Assembly (NCBI GenBank): GCA_010909165.1
Contig: MU008164.1
Span: forward strand, 992,001-1,056,000
Direction of reading: 5' to 3'
DNA: 64,000 nucleotides
DNA from: Anthoceros angustus
Taxonomy: Eukaryota > Plantae > Anthocerotophyta
Shown here: piece after piece, positions 1-10,682 of the stretch
How positions within the stretch are numbered: position 1 is the first letter of the stretch
Layout of the letters: each line of letters opens with the position of its first letter
Notes under the pieces: generated by a model
Database searches by the model: none
What the model saw: only the letters and a program-made list of their open reading frames with translations
Told to the model about the DNA's origin: nothing
Translations under genes and position numbers: made by a program

Positions 1-36
1 GGTCATGACAGTGCCTGCAAAAACCGTGGTATGAAC

Positions 37-400
37 ATAGGCGCCGGTATGCCGTCGCGTATGTAATAGGAGCAAAGTACGCACAAAGGCGCCCTCATGC
101 CGGCGCCTCCGCACCCAGAGCTATGTACATAGGCACCGGCATGCCGGCGCCTCCGCACCCAGAGCTATGTACATAGGCGCCGGCATGCCGGCGCCTATGT
201 AACCATATCTATGGGCATAGGCGCCGGCATGCGGCGCCTCCGCCCGAGCTATGTACATGGCGCGGCATGCCGGCGCCTATGTAACCAGAGGTCAGAGCCG
301 TCATGCCGGCGCCTATGTAACCATATCTATGGGCATAGGCGCCGGCATGCGCGGCCAGAATCGAGCTATGGTTACATAGGCACCGGCATGCCGGCGCCTT
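37..400. repeat. Tandem array of GC-rich palindromic units (core GGCGCCGGCATGCCGGCGCC)
   Basis: About 9-10 exact or degenerate copies of the 20-bp self-complementary core, with CTATGTAACCATATCTATGG or CCGCACCCAGAGCTATGT linkers. Perfect 32-bp palindrome at 170-201. Confidence 0.9.
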
Positions 401-436
401 CCTCCAAACATCATGCATGTGTGCCACCATGGACGC

Positions 437-1830
437 CTACCCCGCCATTGTAAGCACGATGGTGCCGGCATACATGTTATCGACCGTCTTTGTGGGCATG
501 ACGGCATAAACCGATTGGATAAACACGGTCCCTACCATGCGGCAACATGTCAACGACATTAATTTCCCGGGCTTGATTCGCCTTGTGATTAAAGGAACAA
601 ACCTTGATCCGCCTTGCCGATGTGTAATAATAGTGCGCTTGAGGCCCTCGCAGAGAACAAGTAGAAAACCTGTTTGATTTTGGTATCCGGACCTTGGAAA
701 GTTGTTTCTCCACGGGGTTAAGAAATACGCATAGGAGACGAACTTCATGGAGGACCGTGCCATATCCGTCGATCGGGCCCATATTTCCAACTTGGAAAAT
801 GTATCGGGCATGTGAAAACATCGACGCTCGCGCCTTTCCGACATGAATTGAAAAGTGGAATCCATCCATGCAACCTGCATGCGATTTAGGGTTGCCGAGG
901 ATTCCCGCTCCCCCATGGAGCATTGCACAATACTCGGCCTTCAACTCCTCATACCGCTGGAACCTATGCAAGAACTCTCCGAATGCTTGCAAACAACACC
1001 GAATGCGCCCAGCCCATGATATGTGTGATGACCTTCTCCTTAGGTTTCGCGATGTCCACATCCACTAGTGATGCAAAACGCTTCTTGCTCCGCCTCCCCA
1101 TCCTCGATAACGATACTTCTTGCAAGTTTGCCTTGCGAGTTTGCACACGAGCTTGTTGCGGCATGGTTTCAAAGTCCATCGTCACTACCTCGCTATCGCT
1201 TTTGGACAATGGAACCCCACATGCCCGCTTTTTGAATCACCGAATCCACACATCGCTCGCTACAAATGTTTCACTCGGTGGCTTGGGGTGGAAAGAGCAT
1301 CTCTCATTACCCATCCCTTCCGCGATACCGGTCGCAATCGGTGATTCATCGCGAGGTTGAGCCGTCCGACGCTTTCATCCGCTGCAAACAAACCCGCGGC
1401 GCAATGTCGGCGATCGATTTTGTCCTCTTCCTCCATGCCTCGAACTTCCGGACTCCGCTCCATAGAGCATAGAGGTTCACGTTTCTTGGAGTGTGGGGAA
1501 CACACCGAGGAAGTCTTGGTGATGTTTATGCGCCTCCAGCCTTCGCTGTAGAAGTCATCTCAACAGATTCAAGACGCACCACATGGTTTGTCTACAATTC
1601 CAGCCCCTATGAAGTGCGCTTGAGTGTAGACGGAGGACGAAACACACCATCGATGGTCCACATTGCACGGGGTTTGCGGTGTCGCAGATACAAACTTGAC
1701 ACACCCTGCACCGCTGCCGGTATTGCGTTTCCTCTTCCGAGTAGCATCAAAGTCCCTCTCGAATTGCGACATCGCTTTTCCTCGTCCTACAAAATCCGGT
1801 GGAAGCCGATTGTCACTCTGGAGGAACATT
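437..1830 (-). pseudogene. Degenerate coding remnant of unknown family, divergent from the ParB-MTase gene; probably TE-borne
   Basis: Overlapping broken minus-strand ORFs (437-928, 477-1061, 964-1209, 1260-1505, 1569-1829). No diagnostic motif recognised. Confidence 0.25.
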
Positions 1831-4077
1831 TGAAAGCCTATACAATTGCAAACCGAACGGCGATCACCTCAAACGCGTAGCCGTGGAGTTAAGTGTAACA
1901 TCGTGGTGCACTCGAACTCGAGGTCACACTAGTCTCCAACCCGACTACCGCTCAGTTAGAGTCGGTGTGACATATGTAGAGTCTTAGCTAGAAGAGTCAA
2001 GGCAAGGCGGTGATAAATGCGATGCATGCACCACTTAAATGCTCAAACGGAAATCTTTGAACTCATTGGAGAGTAACGCCGCCTTTCCCCAACGACATGC
2101 GTGCCACCTCGCAAACCGGATTTGAAACAAGGAATCGATTTAAATGAAGGTAATCGCATGGATTTTACCAACAGACAAACGATTGAGACCGGCAACTCAT
2201 ATGGTAATCGGCTCAAACAGGGGTTTATGTTCCCAAGTGCTCGACGCCACGTTGAAACACCTTCATAGCGGCCTCGCTTGAACGCCGCAGCAGGCGCAAA
2301 AGAGGCCGAATTGGGAGCGCCACCGCCAATTCCCTTCATCGCTTTGCGCCGCTGTGTAGTAGGTGCGCCTTGCCTATTCCTTTCCACTACGCCGGTCTAC
2401 ATGCACAATTCCACTGTTTCATCTAACCCGGCTCCGCTTTCTTCCACTGCTGTATGCCAGGGTATCATGGCATCGGGGAGGAAGTTGCGGAGCAAGAAGG
2501 ACATGGCGGACGCACTTGGCGACCCGCCAGCAGTGGCCCCAAGGCAGAAGAAAGCGAAGAAGAAATCAGACCCAAAGGCGAGGACAGATGCAGGCCCTGT
2601 TGCATCGGTTCCAGTCGGTGGAGAAACACCTGCCGCAGGGGCATCGAAAAAAACCGCATCTGGCAATTCCACAAAAGCAAGCACGACAAAGTCCGGAGCG
2701 GCTGGGGCAGTGAAGGGTGGATCAAAAGGCGTAAGAAAGGGCAACCAGCTGCAGATCACGCCTTATAACTGGAGGAAACCATCTTTGTTGAGGAGATCGA
2801 CCAATTCTCATGATGCAATTGTTTGCCCGGACAAGGAGTGGTTTCTTCAGCAGGAAGCCAAAAATTTGGATGATCTTGGTGGACACCGCTCTTGAAATTG
2901 TGGGTAACAGGATATGGACCAATAAGCCTAATCAGAGAGCAAGAGTCGGATGGGTTGTCCGGGCTACCTTGGACATGTCGAACGGGGACCCGGAGTTTGA
3001 GATGTTGTTGACAACTAAGCCACGAATTAGATGAAATACGACAGCCTCATGAGTTCAAGGTTTTCACGGTGGCGCTCGGAATGTTCAAGGTGAATAAGTG
3101 CACACAGGTGTTGGTGACCGCATTTCGCGAGTATGAACAACCCACAAGTAAGTATTCGTGATCTGATTTAATTGCTGCACCTCCTCCGTCCTTTCTCGCT
3201 CAAGGTGTGATTCCGAACTTTGGCAATTGTGCAGCCGGAGGGCTTTCTACAAGCAATCGTGTTGTTTCATCACGCAATGGCTTATTGACCACCGGAGAGA
3301 AAAGCATGCGGGCGAGCAGCTACCTCAATTATGGGAAGCGATGCAGTAGCTCGGAAGATGAAGAACTAGGACTAAGACGGCATGACAAACCCTGGAAGGG
3401 CAATGGATGACGAAGAGGGAAAAATATGGAATCGATGCGAGGACGAAGACAAGGAAGAAAACCAAGAATTTGCTATGCGGAGCATCGTGGCCTTGCATGC
3501 GCATATGACCCTCAGCTGGAGGACGCCGCATGCTGCCCTCCCCGCCTGAGTGTCCTCGCCAACCCACATGCCGCACGTTTATGTCTGTGGAACGTGGAGG
3601 GGAGGCAGACGCCGCATGCCGGCGTCCTCCTTCATCTTCCTGGCGGCGGCACCGTCCACAATGGTTGGAGCCGCGCCCGATGATGTAGGTGACAGGCTTT
3701 GGGGACCAAGCACCGAAGACCGCCTTCAGGAAAAACAAGGCGATGGGCACAGGCGGTCATCGAGAAGGAGATCCCCAAGCCGAATGGAAGAGGAAGATGA
3801 CTTCCGAACGAGCTTATCATCGCGGATGTGAGCAGGCGGTGGGAAGAGGAAAGGAAACATAGAAGCAGATGGCGGAAACCGAGTCAAGCTGCAGGATGAT
3901 GTAGATGTTTCACTGCGGAAAAAGGTGAAAAGGAATTTAGCTCCTCCCAGTGAAGATGACATACCTACAGTTCATCTTTCAACGGATGAGGAGAGGCTGG
4001 CATCTTCTTTTCACGATGAGGACTATCTAACCAGCATTCGGGATGCAGCGTATGCAAAGAAGGTTGTGCCCGAAACT

Positions 4078-4340
4078 GTGTTAGTGAAGCTGGAGAACCT
4101 CAGGCCCGCTTCGTACCTCACTCCAGATGCACAGATAAGGCGGGTGGATGAGGCATGGTCCAATTACTTGGCCCGCGTTATTGGAAAGGGACGAGTGGAA
4201 GAGGCGATTGCCGCTCGGTATGATTGACCCAAAGGAGTGTGATGATCCGGAAGACTTGGGTGGAAGAAATTCGAAGAAGTATGTAATGGGCGTTTTGGGA
4301 GGCAATCACACATTTGCTATGCAACATCTGGCGGACATTT
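4078..4340 (+). pseudogene. ParB/sulfiredoxin-like (ParBc) domain remnant
   Basis: VLVKLENLRP...QIRRVDEAWSNYLARVIGKG, then after a frameshift YVMGVLGGNHTFAMQHL. GNH(T/R) is the ParB-N signature (4301-4312). Confidence 0.6.
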
Positions 4341-5099
4341 CATCACAAAGAGCGATTCAAGTGGATAGAGGCTCATGTATATTGTGGGCTTACTTTACAA
4401 GAGATGAGGGTACCGCAATGATCACAACACAATGTCGGATAAGCAGAAGATGTCTTTCATTGAGCAAGTTAGATACCTAAGGGATGAACCGCTCATTGCG
4501 GCGAGATGGCGTGCATATGTCAATGACTTGGAAGTTCAACTTATACAAGGTTCGGACCGATCAAGACGGCGAGGGACGAGAAGATGATGCATACAAATGT
4601 AACAAAGTCGATAATAACGCACATCTTGTGCATAGCGGTCGGAAGGGAAAGTCCGGACCAATGTTGACAAGATCTTCTCAAGTGGGAGGCTTGTGAATTG
4701 CCCGAGCAAAAAACATGTGGCGGCCGGTATGAGCAAGAAAAGCAAAGGGAAGCGCAAAAGGCAAGACATGAAGCGAAGAAGGGGTGTTTGTGAAACCAAA
4801 GGAGATGCGACGGCGGCGTTGCTTTCAAGGCATTCCAACAGCGAAGCGGGCAAATGCTCATCGGTGCAACGAAAAAGTGGTCACCGGTCTCATCGATTTG
4901 AAGGGAATGTCGGATGAGATTATTTTTATGGAAAAAGTTGCATATCATTCGGTGGCAATGGCCAAGCACCTTGGGTGTTCATCTTCGAGATGGTGAGACA
5001 GAGTATCCTCGACTCCAGCAAGTTGTCGCTAGATTCCAAACGCGCTTGAGGGCAAGGTAATTTCAATCCGGTTTTGAAGTGATTTGAACTGATGTGGTT

Positions 5100-5345
5100 T
5101 GAAGGGGCGCGATGCAGGCCCCGCCCGCTGAGGCGGGCGCGATGCCGGCGCCCTCCCTTGGGACCCGCGAGGCGGGGCCGGCATCTGGCGCCCTCCCTCG
5201 GACCCGCGGGAGGCCGGCATCTGCGCCCTCCCTCGGACCCGCTGAGGCGGGGCATGCGACGCCCCCGCCACCAAGAGGCTAGAGCCAAGTGGGGGCCGGG
5301 CATCGGCGCCCTCCTTGGGACCCGCCTTGGTGGCCGGCATGCCTC
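5100..5345. repeat. GC-rich ~40-bp tandem repeat related to the 37-400 palindromes
   Basis: Units such as GGCCGGCATCTGGCGCCCTCCCTCGGACCCGC occur about 5 times and share GCCGGCAT/GGCGCC with the terminal array. Confidence 0.75.
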
Positions 5346-5618
5346 TCCATCCTCTCCCTCCATAAGGCCGGAAGGCCGTGGCGGCATCTTCCGATTCAAG
5401 TATGAAGGCCGTCTAATGCTAATATTGGTTTCCCTTCATGCCGCAGAATGTAAGGATATTGAGGTGTTAACGGCGCCCAAAATTTTCAACAATTCATTTA
5501 TGAGGTGAACACATGGAAGGGCTTAGAGGATGAGCAAAGACAACTAGCCGACCAAGACATAGAGGATGGACTCCTTCAATTCACTGTTCCACATTCTGAG
5601 AAAAAGGTGCAATATCAG

Positions 5619-6270
5619 GTACATGGACGAGATATCCTCGACATGCGAGGGTACGTGAGGAAGAGAAGGTACTCTTTGTTTGTGATGGATGTACCCCGTG
5701 GTTTCGAGAAAGGCCCGAAGGACGGACGTTTTGATATTTGGCAAGTGGGAAATGTTTTGCACTCCTTCCATGATTTAATAGAATGTGATCAATATCGGAT
5801 GATAATCATGCATGGTGTTGAAGATGCCCATTTGGTGAGAGAGGCTATGCGGAAGTGGTGCCAGAAGGGGGGACTCATTTCATTTGTCTGGGACAAGACA
5901 AACGTAAACAATGACAAAGGTGGGTTCGATATCTGAGTATGTGATGAGGATGGGGTTTGAGGAAGACAAGTGACTTGCAACGGCTATGTTACCGAATGCT
6001 ATGCAGGCACATTTAACAATGGAAGATCGGTGATTGGCCACGATCATGGTGAAGAAATTGTTATATCATTCACTCGACAAACTTGTCGCGCCTACCAAAG
6101 GCCTTTGGGGTTAATGATGAAGCTCATCAAGACATTCTCCAAAGAAGGCGATCGGATAGTGGATGCTTGTTCGAGAGTGGGACATCTTTGATGGTTGCTT
6201 TGTTGTCTGGCCGCCATTGTATTTCTATTGAGGCTGACAAGAGGTGTGCAGAGTTCATTTCACAGCGAGT
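5619..6270 (+). pseudogene. Beta-class amino-DNA methyltransferase (N6_N4_Mtase-like) remnant
   Basis: Motif IV-like YSLFVMDVPR (DVPR at 5688-5699), then SFVWDK, then YQRPLGLMMKLIKTFSKEGDRIVDAC(S)-(E)SGTSLMVALLSGRHCISIEADKRCAEFISQR. This parallels the bacterial KP..L...LI...S..GD.VLDPF.GSGTT..AA...GR..IGIE....Y. Catalytic motif precedes the SAM motif (beta order). Frameshifts near 5932 and 6172. Confidence 0.8.
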
Positions 6271-6784
6271 GCATGGATATGAAGTATTGCAGATGCAGAA
6301 GAGGAGCTCACCCATGAGCCGCACCGTCGAGGAATATCTCAGTTCTGGGCCAAGGAGGTTTGCGTGAGTGAAAAAGAAATTGGAAAGGCTCAGATTGTGC
6401 CTCTTGTCGCCAGGAGAATGAAAGAACATACTGGAGACCTTTTGGATGAGGGTCAACAAACACTAGACACAGCATGGCCGTCTGCATCAGAAGTTGATGG
6501 GATAGAGGAAGATGATGCAGAGGCAATGAAGGCAGTAGACACTTTCGAAGACCCAGATGATAGTCGCCTTAGAAACATTACCGTCGTCCCTGACAGTGTA
6601 TCTGGCATGTGTGTAGCAGAATCCTAGGTTGATCCTGAACCAGTAGGGTAATGACTTGAACAGTGCCCGGAACGTTTTCAATAAATGTTTAGGTTTTCTC
6701 TTACAAATTTACCGATGGTGCGGGCCAAAAACCAGTAAAGTATTTTCTATAGGTCCATTAAATAAAACAGTCGTATCTTGTAAA

Positions 6785-8549
6785 CTAGGCTTTATTGAGT
6801 CGTGCATGCATAGTGCGGTCCAGTCGTTTCCGTTGGCTTACTTTAGAGCTGAATTGGTAAGGGGACAAGAAAGAGGAACCGGCGGCAATCGTTCTGGAAC
6901 CGGCGTTCATTATTCCGACGGAAAGAACATTATGGTGTTACTTGTGAGTCTTGCTGGTTGCGCATCCTTCCGCCGCCCAGCCCGGGGGGTTGATGATGAC
7001 ATGCTCGCTTATAGAGTCTCTCGTGGGATCCGTGACAACCACATCAGCGATATAAATTTGCCCCCTCCTAGTCCGCCCTGAGTGACACGCCATTATGCAA
7101 TGTATATGGGCGCTCCCGGTATGGAAAAAATCCGCTCTCCATACTTATTGAAAACATGACGTCGCGAACGGCGTCATGCATAGGAATTATGTTGCCCCCC
7201 CACGGGACAATGGGCCAAATGGGATCCAGAATCGTCGATGGCAGCTCCACAACTGCACATGGAAAGAGAAGAGGCTAGAGGACGAGCCAAACCGAGGCGG
7301 ACCCTCATCGCGGTCGAAAAGGACGCTGGTGCGATTCGGAACGCCGGAATGCAAGGCCGAGCCAAAAGCCGGGCCCACTTCTCAGAACGCAGCGGGCCCA
7401 AGACCGGGAATGGAGGAGTCCGGAAAGAGGGCCCTTTGCGCCTGTAAATATTGCTTCTCTGAGAGAGAGGCTTGAAGGCCATGCAACCCTTCCTTAGAGA
7501 AAGAGGAAAAAGGAGGCATGGCTTCCCTAGCCTATGAGGAAAGGGAGTCCCTAGCCCGCCTAAGAGAGACCTGCAAGGGGAAGGCCCACTCCTCAACACT
7601 CGAGACGAAGGCTTCCAGAAGGGGGGAGTCCTGCATTAAGAATCGAGAGGCCAAAATTGGGGCAGAGAGGGCCCAACTCCCGAGGAAAGCTGCTGGAGCT
7701 GAGGCCTCCATGGCCAGCAAGCCAATGCCTCCAAAGGCCGCTGGCGATGATGCTTATTTCCGCGCCAAGTCACCGTTGGCGCATTCGAAGGTGCCGGGAC
7801 CTATAATGTCCCCAAGCGCCTGCATAACTTGCCTAGCAAAATGCCTCAAGCTTGATAAAAAGACCGGGGATGGAGCAACCGTCTTGGTAAGATAACCTGT
7901 CGACGCGCGAAGCAAGAAGACAAAATACCAAACGCAACCTAAGGGTCCCCAATTTGTGAAAGGTCCCCAACTTGTGAAAGGTCCCCAATGTGAGCCACGT
8001 CTTCTTCCAGAGCCACATCCACAAACCCTTGAATAAAGTCAGGGGGACCCAGCGGAACTCCGAGGACCCGAAGCCCTTGCGGAGAAATAATATCCCCCCT
8101 GGATAGTAAAGAGGGGGTGTATTGTTGGAAGGGGACCACACCTTGCACTTATTGATCTTGACCCTTAATCCCATACGGGAGAGCTCAAAGGAGAAGAGAT
8201 CAAAGGCAGCCCTCACCTTGTCCCCTGGCCCGAGGATATGGGTATCGTCAACCACGGATGGGAAAAGGCACTCCCGAACTGCAGAGGCTATGGAGGACAG
8301 CGCCCTGAAGTGCGCCATGGCGAAGAGGGCGCTTCCCAATTGATCCCCTTGCCTTGTGCCCGTCGCCGAGTGGAGAACCGAAACGCCTTCCGTAGCTGGA
8401 CCATGTTGATAGTAGAGATTGGACGGAGAACCGTAGAAGGAGCGAACAAATGGAATGAGGCCCGCTAGGTGCCCACCTGCGTCCTTGAGTTCCGATAAAA
8501 TGACAGCCCTAGACACAGCGTTGAAGGCATTCTCGACATTTACCTGTAG
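6785..8549 (-). mobile_element. 5'-truncated, decayed CRE-like non-LTR retrotransposon (RT, CCHC-type Zn motif, restriction-like endonuclease)
   Basis: LQVNVENAFNAVSRAVIL, FVRSFYGSPS, GTRQGDQLGSALF, VDDTHILG, GLRVKINKCKVWSP, GGIGL, MRVRLGL, CSCGAAIDDSGSHLAHC, HDAVRD, IADVVVTDP. Multiple stops and frameshifts. Confidence 0.85.
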
Positions 8550-8895
8550 AGCAACCCAATGTGGGTGAGACTCGAGGACAGCCTGGATACCAAAGGCCGC
8601 AGACTCACAACCCCCTGGAGTGACAATCTCAAATTGGTGGGGGCAAAGGTGCTCTCGGAAGTGCTCCTGAAGTTGAATCGCAATGCTGCGGCTGATGAGA
8701 TAAAAGATATCACACTTACTTTATTCAAAGAGAGTGATGAGAAGATATTTTGTTGGACCGTTTGGAAGGGATATTATTGAATAGAAGATAATTCAGAAAG
8801 TTTTGCAGAAACTCATGTGGGACTGGTTACCCTCAACCTATCTAGTTTACCATCTATCAAATTCTCCTTCTTTCAAATTCCCTCTTTAGTAGGTA

Positions 8896-10086
8896 CAGTC
8901 AAACCCCTCTAATTGGGACCCCTATAAATGGGAACCCCCTTTAAATGGGACGCCGGGCTTACTCCCTTGAATGTGCTACATGCTAAATGGGAAACCCCTC
9001 TAATTTGTAAATGGGAACATGTCTCCCAAACATTCAATGCAAGTACACCTCTGTAAAAGGGAAAATATATATTTTTAAAAAAAATAAAAATTGAGGAAAT
9101 CATCTTATCGAGATTAAATCATGAGTTATTGAGATTATGTCAAGTTAAAGGCTATCGAGATTATATCATAAAACATAGACAGTCATCGAGATTGGGCCTA
9201 TATATGTAGTAGTTCTGTACACTATGCTTTGTGATCAGAAGCATTGTTCCGAGTACATAAGTTGTTTCATTGTACAAGTTGTCTTATGGTGTTGTAAGTT
9301 TGTGTTATGGTGTTGTAAGTTGTTGTCTTGCTGTGAGATATTTTGTATGTGTTCCTTACCCATTCTCTTTGATGTGTAGGAACAATGCCGCCCAAGCCGC
9401 CGCGCAAGCATGCTACCCTAACAAAGCAACAAAAGAAAGAGGTTTGCGAATATTATGTCCAACACTCTTGCACACTTAAGGAGTTGACTAGATGGACAAC
9501 AGAGAAGTTTTCAATAGCAGCTTCTAAAAGTGCATGGTCTAGGATTGTGAGGATGAAGTATTGGAGACTACGTATATTCCTACATAGGAGAGGACGAAAT
9601 ATGGCAAGCATTAATCCCTCCGCCTGTCAATGAGGAGGGTGAGGAGAATAATGTCGATGGAGACCATAGCGCCAAGACCGCGTCGACAAAGGATGTCAGA
9701 GATAATGCTATGAGGATAGCGAAGATGTTTTGGAAGAGATGCCACATAACACTCTTGATGCTTTGAAGTTGCATTCTCAATTGGAAAAACATATTGCTAG
9801 TCATTGGATGAAAGCAACTCAAGATCAATCAAGGATTGATGATTATTTTAACCCGCAAACTAGAATTAGGTTGGCAGCTATGTAGTATGAGGGAGCATTT
9901 TGGATTTTTTGGATTTTTTTGGATTTTTTGGAAGCTTTTAAGCTCTTTCGAATTTTTGATTTGAAAGATTTTTGATTTTTTAAATATTTTTATTTTCAAA
10001 AAAGATGAAAATGCCTAAACGGGAACTCCTCTAAATGGGACGATTTTTGCTACTCCCAATTGTTCCCAATTAGAGGGGTCTGACTG
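8896..10086 (+). mobile_element. Internally deleted pogo/Tigger (Tc1-mariner) element
   Basis: TIRs CAGTCAAACCCCTCTAATTGGGA and TCCCAATTAGAGGGGTCTGACTG, with TA TSD at 8894-8895 and 10087-10088. ORF 9385-9633 is a CENP-B-type HTH (MPPKPPRKHATLTKQQKKEVC). A C-terminal PIP-box-like QSRIDDYF lies near 9828-9850. No DDD catalytic core. Confidence 0.9.
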
Positions 10087-10682
10087 TACCTTATAAGTTC
10101 GAATTTCAAAGGCTTAAAAATACGAGCACGGGTGAAGAGTTGCGCCCCTAGGTATTGGATCTTGGTGACAAGTGAAAACCCACATTTTGGTGATAATTGA
10201 AAACCCCAAAACCGATGTTTACATTATGATTCTGGTGCGGGCGACGCGACATGCGCTACACCGGCTGGGTGTGTACTACGACAAGTCGCTCTCAGTCCCC
10301 GTCACTACAGACGATGAATTGAAACGAGCCTTATGTGTGCATCGACTCATTGGTAGATCGTGTGAGCCTTGCTAGACTGTGGCGTGGCGACTGCTTGGAT
10401 GCTTCATTCTGTACACGGGAAGATGCTGCACAGGGGAAGCTGCTCCTCTCGGCAGACAGTGAGATGAGGGTTCGGAGAGCTCGGCAGGGTTTGAACTAGT
10501 GGCAGGCAGATCTGGTGCTTGGGGAGCAATTGCAGCGTGGCTGGCGCATTTTTGGCTCGGAAGACGAGCCATGGCCTGGGGAAGAGTCCGCAGAGGTGAG
10601 AAAGGAGGGCACGGTGAGGCTGGGGTGACATAGGAGGGCCACAGCCGGATACTATCGCCTTTGGAAGGGTTGCGGCAGCAGG

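Larger units (their letters stand above)
2467..6627 (+). pseudogene. Disabled multi-domain gene: basic low-complexity N-terminus, ParB/Srx-like domain, beta-class N4C/N6A DNA methyltransferase, acidic tail
   Basis: ATG at 2467 follows a CAG acceptor-like site, with a GTAAGT donor near 3148. Successive plus-strand ORF pieces (2278-2895, 2810-3034, 3925-4227, 4148-4480, 5505-5936, 5970-6191, 6083-6367, 6364-6627) are linked by frameshifts and stops. Confidence 0.55.

Noticed and set aside
437-1061. Transposase assignment (GCMDG resembling Harbinger GAIDG)
   Set aside because: Single weak motif with no supporting downstream DDE motifs.
2467-6627. Bacterial contamination as the source of the methyltransferase
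   Set aside because: It is frameshift-riddled, has splice-like signals, lacks operon structure and is contiguous with plant TEs. Not fully excluded without reads.
10172-10375. Possible R3H motif (TRHALHRLG) upstream of the disordered protein
   Set aside because: Non-ATG start, short, and no splice path to 10683 found.
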